IMG/VR virus record: IMGVR_UViG_3300033076_001232
Coordinates: 78,435-142,434 of that record
Length of the DNA stretch: 64,000 nt
Reading direction: 5' to 3' (one strand)
Origin: a virus
Taxonomy: Duplodnaviria > Heunggongvirae > Uroviricota > Caudoviricetes
This document shows positions 20,234 to 29,725 of the stretch, one piece after another (position 1 is the stretch's first letter; every line of letters begins with the position of its first letter). The notes under the pieces are model-generated. The model did no database searches. It saw only the letters and a program-made list of their open reading frames with translations, and was not told the origin of the DNA. Position numbers and translations under genes: made by a program.

Positions 20234-21907
20234 ATGTCTGAACTAAAGCTTCTAAGAATAGAGGACGGAGATTCTCAAAAGAATATAACCGATAAGGTCA
20301 ATTATAACTTCCAAGAGCTATTAGCTTATGGTGGAGGTCCTTACGGCAGAATCGGAGAGGAAGGTCCACAAGGATTTAAGGGATCAATCGGTCCCACTGG
20401 ATCTTATGGAGATCTTGGACAAAGAGGAACTATCTGGACAGTAGGTCCTTGTCAGCCTACAAATTCCACCTCTATCAGCAATGACTTCTGGATGAAAACA
20501 GATGAGAATAATGCAGTTTACATTTTCTCTAGTTCAGGTTGGTCTCTATATGGGGTTTATGTTTCAGCTAATGATCTTTTTGATGTTTTAGGACCGATTA
20601 GCACCTCTTCGGGGATTTCGTCTAAATATGGATACTTCCTATCATCAGGATCTCCTATATCTTACACAATGGTACTTAGTGATAGTACGATTGCCAGCGG
20701 AACATCAACTTCGCCTAATCCTATACCAAATCCGCAGTATTCTAAGATGGTTATTTCTATCTATGGGAATGATTCTTCTAAGAATATAATGGAATTTAAT
20801 AAGAGCGATTATCAATCAACATTATCTTATAATTCAAGCACCCCTAAATTCTACTGGTTGCAAGGTGCGACATCGGATAGAGGATCATATGGTCTAGGAT
20901 TCAAAAACGGAGGGAGAACATCAATCAGAACAACCTCCGATATCGTCTTACAGTCGACCAGTGGATCTGTAGATTTTACTTCAACTGGGATTAATATTAA
21001 TTCTTCGTCGTTTGGAGATGCTGTTATTTTTAATCTTTCCAACGGAATAACTATAAATACAGGAACGGGAACAGCTTATTTTTCCACCTCCAATTTTAGT
21101 TACGATGGATCTAAATATACCACTTCAACACAAATAAGAACTTTTGGTAATTCAAATCTTCCTTCACTTACTATAGTTTGTGATAGATTTTATGATAGCG
21201 GGATAAGATATTATTATGCAGGCCCAAGTACTTCTAGCGCTACTCTTATGAGCGTATACCAAACCCAGGGAGCAAGAGATATATTTAAAGTCTTTGGTAA
21301 TGGTGAGATCAGCATGTTTAGAAGAGTAAACACGATCCAAAACAACCAGAATTTATCATCAACGGTTAACTCGACAGTTGGTGGTGTTAGTATAGATTGG
21401 GTAACTTTAATACCTACTATTGCTACCACGGTTGGAAGTGGTAGTTACATTTGGGTAAACAGAGGCACCGACATATCAATATCTAAATCTGTAGTTCCAG
21501 TTACACAGAGAGGTGTTTGTATATGGGCTCCTGCTACTGGAGGTACCTCGGGCATTTATAATAGAGGATGGATGAATCTATTAGAAAATGGGGAGGCTAT
21601 TACTATGAGGGTACATGCCAACAATCCAGGATCTACTGCTGATGTTTTTAGATATGTTGGGTTAAACACATCAGAAAATCAAGGTCTAGCACCGAATAAT
21701 ACAACATCATCTAACTACTCTTATGCAGATCTCAGTGGATCCAGTTTTGTTGGTGCTTCTACCATAGATTTTACTATAGTTAATATCCAAGGAACGGGTG
21801 GAACATCCGGAAACAGAAGATGGTTTAATGTATATTATTCAGCCTGGGGAGGTGGATTAACTGGTGCTAAATGTGGAGTACTTTCAACTTATAATGCTAC
21901 AGCTTAA
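20234..21907 (+). CDS. Collagen-like tail fibre protein, paralog 2
   Basis: KVNYNF motif, 11 Gly-X-Y triplets followed by W, NDFWMKT. Confidence 0.7.
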   Translation: MSELKLLRIEDGDSQKNITDKVNYNFQELLAYGGGPYGRIGEEGPQGFKGSIGPTGSYGDLGQRGTIWTVGPCQPTNSTSISNDFWMKTDENNAVYIFSSSGWSLYGVYVSANDLFDVLGPISTSSGISSKYGYFLSSGSPISYTMVLSDSTIASGTSTSPNPIPNPQYSKMVISIYGNDSSKNIMEFNKSDYQSTLSYNSSTPKFYWLQGATSDRGSYGLGFKNGGRTSIRTTSDIVLQSTSGSVDFTSTGININSSSFGDAVIFNLSNGITINTGTGTAYFSTSNFSYDGSKYTTSTQIRTFGNSNLPSLTIVCDRFYDSGIRYYYAGPSTSSATLMSVYQTQGARDIFKVFGNGEISMFRRVNTIQNNQNLSSTVNSTVGGVSIDWVTLIPTIATTVGSGSYIWVNRGTDISISKSVVPVTQRGVCIWAPATGGTSGIYNRGWMNLLENGEAITMRVHANNPGSTADVFRYVGLNTSENQGLAPNNTTSSNYSYADLSGSSFVGASTIDFTIVNIQGTGGTSGNRRWFNVYYSAWGGGLTGAKCGVLSTYNATA

Positions 21908-21909
21908 AT

Positions 21910-23556
21910 ATGAAATTTAATACTAAATACGTATTCCAGGGAGATTCTAAAAAAGTTGTTGTAGATAAAATCAACTATAACTTTGATCAGGTACTTTCTT
22001 TTGGTGTTGGTCCGGATGGGCATCAAGGTCCTATGGGAGCAACAGGTATATTCGGACCTGCTGGAAAAAAAGGAGCAACAGGAACTACTGGTGAAAGAGC
22101 CAGTAAATGGGATATTGGGACTAATCAACCATCAGGATCTAATCAGTACGATCTATGGATAAAAGATGACGGGGATTTAGATTCTTATAGTGCGACAGGA
22201 GCATGGAATTTTACTGGATTTAATTTTTTTAACTCTCTATATTTTAAATCGTATAATTGGATACAAGGACCTGCGGGAGTAACTGATAAGTATGTGATAG
22301 GATTTAAAGATACACTTAGCGCTTCTAGTTATTCTTTCGTTGTTGCAGACAGTACTTTATCTGCAACTAATTCTAATCCAAATAAATCTAAGTTAGTTAT
22401 TTCTACTGAAGATCAAATACAAAGGCCAATACTTTCTTTTAGTAAAAGTGGATCTTCTTCTCCTGGATTTCCTTCTTTTTATTGGTCTTCTCTCGGTTCT
22501 TCTACCGATTTAACATTTACGTCGAGCGGTAATATAAGTATTATCTCATATCTTCCACTTAAAGTTACTACAGCTACATCTGGAAGAATTCTATTAGATG
22601 CAAACAAGATAACGATTAATTCCCAGTCGAGAGCTAATTTTACCGGAGTTGGTGATTTATTATTTAGCACGAATACTACTGTAGGTGGTGGATCATCTTT
22701 CAACATTAGTTCTACTTCTCTCGATATTACAACTAGTTCTTTTTACCATAAGTCACCTCTTTATATTAGAACCTATAATTTTGGTTTAACTGGAGGATAC
22801 GCATTAAATTCAGCTCCAACGACAACCTTAGCTAACGGGGGTATTAGACTGGAAGTATCTGCAGCCTCTGCTAGTAGAATATTTAGAATAAATGACCTGA
22901 GCGGATCTTCTGTTTTGTCGGCTAGACCATATTCAAGCACAGCAGGAAATATGGGACAAACCTTATTTGGAGCTACTGGTTCGTCAGCAGGTGCAACCGC
23001 AGGTCCATACTCATACCATGTATCTAAAGCTAACTTATTGAGAAATTCTACCGTAAATAGAACCGCAAGAATAGCTAGTTCTAATTGTTCAGGAGCCACT
23101 TTTCAAAGAAGAAATGTTTTTGTACTTTCAGCTGATTCTTTCTCAAGTAACGCTATTGTAGTAACCCCGACTTCATACACCACTGCCGATGCTGGTGTAT
23201 ATCTGGAGCTTCCGACCTCATATCTAAGTAATTTATCAGGTGTATATTCTTCATCTTTTAATTATACCTATAGAATAATGCTTAATGATGAAAGTTCGAA
23301 TCCCCTTACTAGGTATCTTATAGGTATCGTTTATTATTTCTGGACAAGTGCATCAGCAGGTTGTTACCAGTTTAGAAATTTTAACACTGGATCTGATACG
23401 ACATGCAGATACGTAGATATAACTTATCTACCCCCTGCAAATACATATAACCAGAACCCTAGAATATTCTATAAAACATGTAATGGTACCAGTGGTTACG
23501 TGAATCTAGGAAGCGTATATAATATCCAAAGCCCTCCTCTAGAGGAAGAAAGATAG
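21910..23556 (+). CDS. Collagen-like tail fibre protein, paralog 3
   Basis: KINYNF motif, 10 Gly-X-Y triplets plus ASK followed by W, YDLWIKD. Confidence 0.7.
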   Translation: MKFNTKYVFQGDSKKVVVDKINYNFDQVLSFGVGPDGHQGPMGATGIFGPAGKKGATGTTGERASKWDIGTNQPSGSNQYDLWIKDDGDLDSYSATGAWNFTGFNFFNSLYFKSYNWIQGPAGVTDKYVIGFKDTLSASSYSFVVADSTLSATNSNPNKSKLVISTEDQIQRPILSFSKSGSSSPGFPSFYWSSLGSSTDLTFTSSGNISIISYLPLKVTTATSGRILLDANKITINSQSRANFTGVGDLLFSTNTTVGGGSSFNISSTSLDITTSSFYHKSPLYIRTYNFGLTGGYALNSAPTTTLANGGIRLEVSAASASRIFRINDLSGSSVLSARPYSSTAGNMGQTLFGATGSSAGATAGPYSYHVSKANLLRNSTVNRTARIASSNCSGATFQRRNVFVLSADSFSSNAIVVTPTSYTTADAGVYLELPTSYLSNLSGVYSSSFNYTYRIMLNDESSNPLTRYLIGIVYYFWTSASAGCYQFRNFNTGSDTTCRYVDITYLPPANTYNQNPRIFYKTCNGTSGYVNLGSVYNIQSPPLEEER

Positions 23557-23581
23557 TAAATAATAAAATAAAAAGTTTAAT

Positions 23582-23842
23582 ATGATAAATCTAACATCCC
23601 AGGAAAGAGAGAAGATAATGTCACTCTCTAAAGATTTTGTTGAAATTCACCAGGAGATTATGAAGGTGGAGGAAACTATTAAGGAGATGGAATCCAGAGC
23701 ATCTTCGCTCGTATCAAAGTTGGATTCTTGTAGAAACGAGGAGTTTCGGTTTGTTTCTGAATTGTCTGATAAATACGGGGAGGGATCATTAAACCCATTC
23801 ACTCTAACTTGGGAAATCAAGAAGGAAAAAGAAATTATTTAA
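23582..23842 (+). CDS. Small coiled-coil hypothetical protein (possible fibre assembly chaperone)
   Basis: 86 aa helical ORF ending LSDKYGEGSLNPFTLTW. The chaperone role is inferred only from its position after the fibre genes. Confidence 0.45.
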   Translation: MINLTSQEREKIMSLSKDFVEIHQEIMKVEETIKEMESRASSLVSKLDSCRNEEFRFVSELSDKYGEGSLNPFTLTWEIKKEKEII

Positions 23843-23843
23843 A

Positions 23844-24677
23844 ATGGAAAGAATTAAAAAAGCTTTAAATCTTATTACGTCTAGAGGATTTATGGTGGTC
23901 GTCATAGCTATCTTGATTATGCTATTTCTTAAGCAGTGTGGAGCTACGAGAAATGCAGAGGCGGAAGCAAAGAGAGAGCACAACAATTATTTAGCTTCAA
24001 TAGATTCAGTGAGAACTATTAAAAAGGAAAGAGATCATGCAATATATGAAAAATCAGCTTTTCAATTGAGAGTTGATGAACTAACTGAGGAGCAGAAAGA
24101 GATTATAGAAAAATTGGATCTCAATACTAACGGTAGAGGTAATACGCCAAGAACTGTAATTCAATATGTTGTTCAATATAAAGAAGTAGTTAAAAATATA
24201 CCATCTACCGTGGAGAAAGATCCTAACGGAGGTGAATCTATAGCTTTCACTCATAACCCAGAATTAAAAGGTAAGAATAAATTTAAAATCTCGGGTAAAG
24301 TACCTTATACTGTAGAGATATTAAAGGATTCTACCGATTCTACCAAATATTTTGCTGAGATTACACCAGGAGGAACAACGTTGGACATTGAGCAAAATAT
24401 AGATCTAGTTACTGGAATTTATATGGATCCTAAAAGCAAAAGGATAATGACCAGAGTGAGTACTACATTTCCTGGATTAACTTTTAGTGAAATAAATTCT
24501 TTTGACATCACAGACAGTCCGGAAACCAGATCTTTAATGAAAGCTGCTAGAAAGGAGTTTGGTCTGGGTATAAATCTGGGATATGGTTTAGGATTCGGCT
24601 CCAAGGGAATTAATCCAGGAGTTTATGTTGGTATAGGACTTCACTACTCCCCTAAATTTTTACAATTCGGAAAATAA
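23844..24677 (+). CDS. Spanin-like membrane protein (Bacteroidota-phage type)
   Basis: N-terminal TM helix (FMVVVIAILIMLFL), coiled coil, and a C-terminal amphipathic beta-hairpin FGLGINLGYGLGFG...VYVGIGLHYSP. Confidence 0.55.
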   Translation: MERIKKALNLITSRGFMVVVIAILIMLFLKQCGATRNAEAEAKREHNNYLASIDSVRTIKKERDHAIYEKSAFQLRVDELTEEQKEIIEKLDLNTNGRGNTPRTVIQYVVQYKEVVKNIPSTVEKDPNGGESIAFTHNPELKGKNKFKISGKVPYTVEILKDSTDSTKYFAEITPGGTTLDIEQNIDLVTGIYMDPKSKRIMTRVSTTFPGLTFSEINSFDITDSPETRSLMKAARKEFGLGINLGYGLGFGSKGINPGVYVGIGLHYSPKFLQFGK

Positions 24678-24685
24678 ATTAGAAA

Positions 24686-27004
24686 ATGGCATTTACTACG
24701 ACGTCTAAATTTGTTCAGATTACTCCATATCTTTTAATGGAGTATATGTATGCCGATGAGCCTACACCAGAATCATATTTTGTGAATACTGGTTCTACCA
24801 CGGTGGGTTATGAAAAACTTGTGAATGGATATTTTAATAATGATGTACAGGTTTTTAATCCAGGGGTTGATTATTCTATCACAAAGAACACTGCGGATGA
24901 CAGCGTGGTTAGAATAGGTGAAAGTTCTTTCGTAACACTAGATGCCAATTTAATAATACCATTTAACGATTACAGCGACGAGTTAACAAACACTGTTGAT
25001 CTGCCAATCACGTTTCCTTCGAATCTTTTAGTTGTATATGATTCAGTTAGATATCACATCAGAGCTGGTTATAATCTGAATAATATTGATGGTCTTATCA
25101 TGTCGATTGAATACCAGGATCAGGATAGATCTTACGTCACTGTTTCCCAAATCGTCATTAAAAAAGGAACTCAGCAATTCTATACTTTAAATCCTAGTCC
25201 TATAAATATTGGAGCTAATATCTATGACAAATATTTTGAGATAAAAATTCCAAATCTAAAAGATATGGGAGATAAGTATTTGGCTGCATCTTCAACATTT
25301 AAACCGCAAACCCTTGCATCACTGATTAGTAAAAGTGGTAATGGATTTGTTTATGGAGCTCCTCTCAGAATTACCGCTTGGCAAATCCAAAATACCGTGG
25401 ATTTTAATGGCTACGAAAGATACAATACTGCTAGAGTAGCTACTTTATCTTTAGAACAGGAGGATCCATTCTCCAATATAGGAGCAACAATAAAGGAATC
25501 CGATCAGGGTCAGTTTTTTGAATATTATGCCACCGACAATGAAGGGTTTATCGAGGACTTTATTCTATTTCAAAACTCTATAGGGAATGGTTATTATATA
25601 AGTCACGAAATTGAGGTATTGGAACAGATAGGTGCTGCACTAATCCAGACTTCACAGTTTCAATCAATTCAAACTACTGCATACGATACACCTAATTACT
25701 ATAGACCAATCGTAAGGAATGCTGGTGTTGCTGTAAGCTTTATGCTCAGATATACTATGTCTCTAGTAAATAGCGTGGATCAGTCAAGAGTAACAAGAAT
25801 ATCTACCTACACCTCAAATAATCCCTCGCAGTGGGGAACGACGATAACACCATTACAGTTAAGCAATTTCCCACAGGTACAGAAAATATACAATAGAGTA
25901 TATTCTCAGCCTCAGATCAATGTTTCAGGAGGTCAAGGTTCACCTAAAGCCAAGGAGATAGTTAAATACGTGAATATCTTTGTAGATCAAAATTTCGTTA
26001 CAGCTAGTTTTAGTAATCTCAAGTTTGTTAATGCACAATTAAGCTCAGAGAAAGGAGCGGGAGAAACGATAGCATATGGAACTGGTAAATTGACAGTTGC
26101 AATATCCCCGTTTGATAACTTTTATAAATTCTCTTTCGTTAAAAGTGGACCATCAGGAGATCCGCTTCAAATAGATCTAAGTAACTCCGGGAAATTTAAT
26201 ATTTCATTTGTAAATGCTAAGGGAAATAAGATACAGGTTCCAGCTCTTGACGATAAGAATTTGGCTGATCCAGTTAAGGGTGAGCTTGCATTTAAAATCG
26301 ACGAGTCTATTTCTACACAAATCCTACAGCTTACTGATAGAAGATTCTTTATTACAAATGGAACTAGTGTAAGCCAAGAAACCACATCAGTGGTTGATAA
26401 GAATACTCTTAAGATAAGACCTGTTTCTAAGAATGCTTTAGAAAACACAATCCAAAGCGTAGTTGAATCTAGAAGAGCACAAGCTAATTCAATCAAAGGT
26501 TCAAATACATCGGTAACACCTTCTGCAAATAGCGTAATTGGGTCAGTCAACAACACCAATTCAGTAATGTACTGGGGATATTGGAAAAAAGAGGGTGAGC
26601 AGGATTTTGCAACTGGAGCAACCGGGGCAACATCTATTGCTACAACTACATCCGGGACTAGTGGAATTGGATTTGTCGGAAGCCTGGAATCACCATCTAC
26701 TCCTTCTGTTAGAAGTATAAAACCAGCTGCTGGAGTTACCGGATCTGCTCCTAGTGCATCTTCGTCATCGGGAGGGCAAACTAACCAAACTTTAACCGGA
26801 TCTACTCTTATAGCAGCACTGAGCGCTGAAATGGCAGGTTATAAAGCTATTGGATGGAGTGATACCAGCATAGTAGATTATTTCCTTACACCAGGTAAGC
26901 CGGGAAGAATTAAATATCCTAATATCACCACAGCCGATGTTATAAAAGCCGGTAATGGTATATTGGCTCCTGGAACAATAGCTAATTTAAACTCTAGACC
27001 ATAA
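24686..27004 (+). CDS. Putative virion structural protein
   Basis: 772 aa, beta-rich, with a low-complexity ATGATGATS/Ser-rich C-terminal linker; operon context. Confidence 0.45.
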   Translation: MAFTTTSKFVQITPYLLMEYMYADEPTPESYFVNTGSTTVGYEKLVNGYFNNDVQVFNPGVDYSITKNTADDSVVRIGESSFVTLDANLIIPFNDYSDELTNTVDLPITFPSNLLVVYDSVRYHIRAGYNLNNIDGLIMSIEYQDQDRSYVTVSQIVIKKGTQQFYTLNPSPINIGANIYDKYFEIKIPNLKDMGDKYLAASSTFKPQTLASLISKSGNGFVYGAPLRITAWQIQNTVDFNGYERYNTARVATLSLEQEDPFSNIGATIKESDQGQFFEYYATDNEGFIEDFILFQNSIGNGYYISHEIEVLEQIGAALIQTSQFQSIQTTAYDTPNYYRPIVRNAGVAVSFMLRYTMSLVNSVDQSRVTRISTYTSNNPSQWGTTITPLQLSNFPQVQKIYNRVYSQPQINVSGGQGSPKAKEIVKYVNIFVDQNFVTASFSNLKFVNAQLSSEKGAGETIAYGTGKLTVAISPFDNFYKFSFVKSGPSGDPLQIDLSNSGKFNISFVNAKGNKIQVPALDDKNLADPVKGELAFKIDESISTQILQLTDRRFFITNGTSVSQETTSVVDKNTLKIRPVSKNALENTIQSVVESRRAQANSIKGSNTSVTPSANSVIGSVNNTNSVMYWGYWKKEGEQDFATGATGATSIATTTSGTSGIGFVGSLESPSTPSVRSIKPAAGVTGSAPSASSSSGGQTNQTLTGSTLIAALSAEMAGYKAIGWSDTSIVDYFLTPGKPGRIKYPNITTADVIKAGNGILAPGTIANLNSRP

Positions 27005-27005
27005 T

Positions 27006-27554
27006 ATGTTACTTAATCCGAAACAGAATAGTTTTTTCTTCCAATTTCCTAAAGGATTCTTTCCTGAGATAGTTGTTGAAAAATATATGCCTTATCTTAA
27101 GAAGCAGCCTATTCCATTCGATTCATTATCATCTTATGTGAATAGCACAATTCAAACTATAACATTTCCTGGATTACAGATAGATTCAGTAGAGCAGGTT
27201 AGACCATTAGGAAAAAAGATTACATATAGAGGATCCACTCCAATACAGGATCTCTTCAGTAAGGATTTGAACATCCAATTCCGATTAGTTGATGGATTCA
27301 TTAATTACTTTATCTTATTGGATACACTACTCTGGTATATAAGTTTTGCACAGGAGCAAGTTTTTATACAGGATCTACCTCTTAGAATACTGGACAGTGA
27401 GGGAAATGTAGTTGTATCTGCAACTTTCCAGAAAGCTATTTTCACCTCTTTTTCTGAACTTCAGTTTGCATACACCTCTAACGCAGCTCAGGATGCTAAT
27501 TTTAGCATGGGCTTTAAGTTCAACTACTTAGATATAAAATTAGAATCTAAGTAA
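27006..27554 (+). CDS. Tail-tube-fold protein (T4 gp3/gp19/gp54-like)
   Basis: 182 aa. QTITFPGLQI and DLNIQFRLVDGFINYFILLDTL resemble gp3-type tube terminator motifs; ends with F.F.Y strands. Confidence 0.5.
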   Translation: MLLNPKQNSFFFQFPKGFFPEIVVEKYMPYLKKQPIPFDSLSSYVNSTIQTITFPGLQIDSVEQVRPLGKKITYRGSTPIQDLFSKDLNIQFRLVDGFINYFILLDTLLWYISFAQEQVFIQDLPLRILDSEGNVVVSATFQKAIFTSFSELQFAYTSNAAQDANFSMGFKFNYLDIKLESK

Positions 27555-27562
27555 GATATATA
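27555..27562 (+). promoter_or_regulatory. GATATATA putative late promoter
   Basis: Exact motif immediately after the upstream stop, 18 nt before ATG 27581. Confidence 0.6.
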
Positions 27563-27580
27563 GATCAAATAAGGAAAGAA

Positions 27581-27820
27581 ATGAAAAAATATTCAGAAGC
27601 GCAGGAACTAAATGAGATGAAATACGGACAACCTCTTTTCACTGAGAAAGATCGTATGAAAGATCTATTGGTAGCAGCATCAGGTAACGATCAAAGAGTT
27701 TTGAATGATATAGTTAACTGTTTAACCGACGAGCAAATGAAGAAATGCTACGATAAACTTTCTAAAGTTTATGGTTACACAGGTAGCACTGGTCAAAAAG
27801 TAGTTCCACCTAGCCTATAA
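27581..27820 (+). CDS. Small hypothetical protein with capsid-targeting-like leader
   Basis: Starts MKKYSEAQELNE and follows GATATATA. Confidence 0.55.
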   Translation: MKKYSEAQELNEMKYGQPLFTEKDRMKDLLVAASGNDQRVLNDIVNCLTDEQMKKCYDKLSKVYGYTGSTGQKVVPPSL

Positions 27821-27826
27821 TTTTTA

Positions 27827-28537
27827 ATGAACCTAGTAGGTATAGATTTTTCAATCAATTCCCCGGCATTTTGTTGCTTTAAGAATGGTGTTTACACGTG
27901 GGGATCTGTAACCAGATCCGATCGGTCTAAAGAATCACTCTTAAAAAATACCAAGAAACCTTATCATTGGCTAGATGCTGATGATAATTTTATTTTGGAC
28001 TTTATCGACAAGGAGGATCTCCCATCAGACTACAGTGAGAGAGAAAGAATGAAAATAGTGTACTTTTTAAGCGTTGTAGACAGCCTTTGGGATTCTATCA
28101 AGGGTGTAATGGGTAATTCACATTTTAGTGTCGCTATGGAGGGTTTAAGCTTCTCCTCGAATGGTAATGCGCTCATAGACATATCTATGGCTACGGCTTT
28201 ATTAAGAGAACGAATAATTAAAGAAATAGGGGTCGAATCATTTTATGTTTTCTCCCCAACCAGCATAAAAAAGTTTGCATTAAAAGGTAATGCAAAAAAA
28301 GATGAGCTTTATGAAGCTCTATGTAATTTTAAGGAAGACGAAACAAATTTAGGAGTATTTACTAGAATGTTAGTATCTAACAAAGAGGAATGGATAACAA
28401 AGGCCAAGCAGGTCAACAAACCCATTGATGATATTGTGGATGCAACTTGGATTAATTTGTATTTAAAAAAGGAATTAGAGGGAATTTATGGAATTAAGGG
28501 AAATCTTGAAAGTGAAACAGCTACTACGCCGATCTGA
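27827..28537 (+). CDS. RuvC-like (RNase H fold) Holliday junction resolvase/nuclease
   Basis: VGIDFSINSPA, AMEGLSFSS, SPTSIKKFALKGNAKKDEL and DDIVDA acidic motifs. Confidence 0.75.
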   Translation: MNLVGIDFSINSPAFCCFKNGVYTWGSVTRSDRSKESLLKNTKKPYHWLDADDNFILDFIDKEDLPSDYSERERMKIVYFLSVVDSLWDSIKGVMGNSHFSVAMEGLSFSSNGNALIDISMATALLRERIIKEIGVESFYVFSPTSIKKFALKGNAKKDELYEALCNFKEDETNLGVFTRMLVSNKEEWITKAKQVNKPIDDIVDATWINLYLKKELEGIYGIKGNLESETATTPI

Positions 28538-28697
28538 TAGCAATTGGATCGCTCTCATAAATAAAAAATCACAAAACATAATCAACTTTAGGGCCGGACC
28601 ATAAATCCGATCCAATTTTCTGTGGGTTATCCGATAGCCATAAAAATCGGAACAAAAAGAAAAATTTGAATAAAAACTAAAATTAATTTAAAAAACA

Positions 28698-29672
28698 ATG
28701 AGCAATTTAGACATTTTTAATTTGGACGCAGAGTCTTTCGTAACAAAGACCAACCAAGCAGGAGGATCAAAAGATCTTGAATTTTACAAACCTTATCCAG
28801 AGGATGGGAAGGATGGAGTTTATAAATCTCTAATCAGATTTGTACCTAACCCAGAAAATCCAGCTAAATCAAAGATCCACAAATACTATGTGTATTTGAA
28901 TGATCCAGTAAGCGGAAACGGATTTGCAGTTGACTGTCCATCCACGGTGGGCAAGAAATCAATTCTTAAGGATCTTTTCTGGAAATTGAAGAATTCGCAT
29001 TCTGCAGCAGATCAGGAATTGGCAAAAGCATTCTCGAGAAAAGAGGATTTTTATTCTCTAGTTCAGATCGTACAGGATAAAAATAATCCAGATTTAGAGG
29101 GTAAGATCATGATTTTCAAATTCGGTAAGAAAATCAATGAAATGATCGAAGCTCAGCTTCAGCCTGAGTATGGTGATGCTTGCAATCCTTTCGACTTATT
29201 TGAGGGAAGAGAATTTGCTATTAGCGTTAGAAAAGTTGGTGAGTGGAACAACTACGATTTATGTTCATTCGTAGGTGAGAGAACACCAATTAAGATTGAG
29301 GGTACACCGATGAAGAAGTCACAAGAGGATATGAACAAAATTCTCGAGTATCTAAACAGTGGACCTAGAAACTTATCATCTTTTGATTACAAAGATTGGG
29401 ACGATGAGGTAAACGAGAAAGTAATGGCTGTAATCAGAAATACAGTTCCTGAGCAAAGAATCGTGAACGAGATAGTAGGTGGAGTATCATCTGCTCCTTC
29501 TAAGCCAAATCCGGTTCAACAACCTAGCTACTCTGCTCCTTCATCATCTTCTCAGATGCTAGAGGAAGTATCTAATACTAAGGTAGGTGGACAGACTCCA
29601 AGAGAAACCCCAGTAGAAACTCCATCTTCTTCTGCTGGATCTTCATTAGATGATCTTTACGCAGATCTATAA
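28698..29672 (+). CDS. gp32: T4 gp32-like single-stranded DNA-binding protein
   Basis: IRFVP, FYSLVQIVQD...EGKIMIFKFGKKI and NPFDLFEG motifs; acidic tail SLDDLYADL. Confidence 0.85.
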   Translation: MSNLDIFNLDAESFVTKTNQAGGSKDLEFYKPYPEDGKDGVYKSLIRFVPNPENPAKSKIHKYYVYLNDPVSGNGFAVDCPSTVGKKSILKDLFWKLKNSHSAADQELAKAFSRKEDFYSLVQIVQDKNNPDLEGKIMIFKFGKKINEMIEAQLQPEYGDACNPFDLFEGREFAISVRKVGEWNNYDLCSFVGERTPIKIEGTPMKKSQEDMNKILEYLNSGPRNLSSFDYKDWDDEVNEKVMAVIRNTVPEQRIVNEIVGGVSSAPSKPNPVQQPSYSAPSSSSQMLEEVSNTKVGGQTPRETPVETPSSSAGSSLDDLYADL

Positions 29673-29684
29673 TAAAAACATAAC

Positions 29685-29718
29685 ATGGGGACTATTCATA
29701 GACTAGTCCCCATTTTTT
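29685..29718 (+). terminator. Rho-independent terminator
   Basis: ATGGGGACTA / TAGTCCCCAT 10-bp stem followed by a T-run. Confidence 0.75.
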
Positions 29719-29725
29719 ATCCCCT

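Noticed and set aside
23290-23310. GTTCGAATCC resembling a tRNA T-loop
   Set aside because: It is inside a coding sequence, with no acceptor, D or anticodon stems visible.
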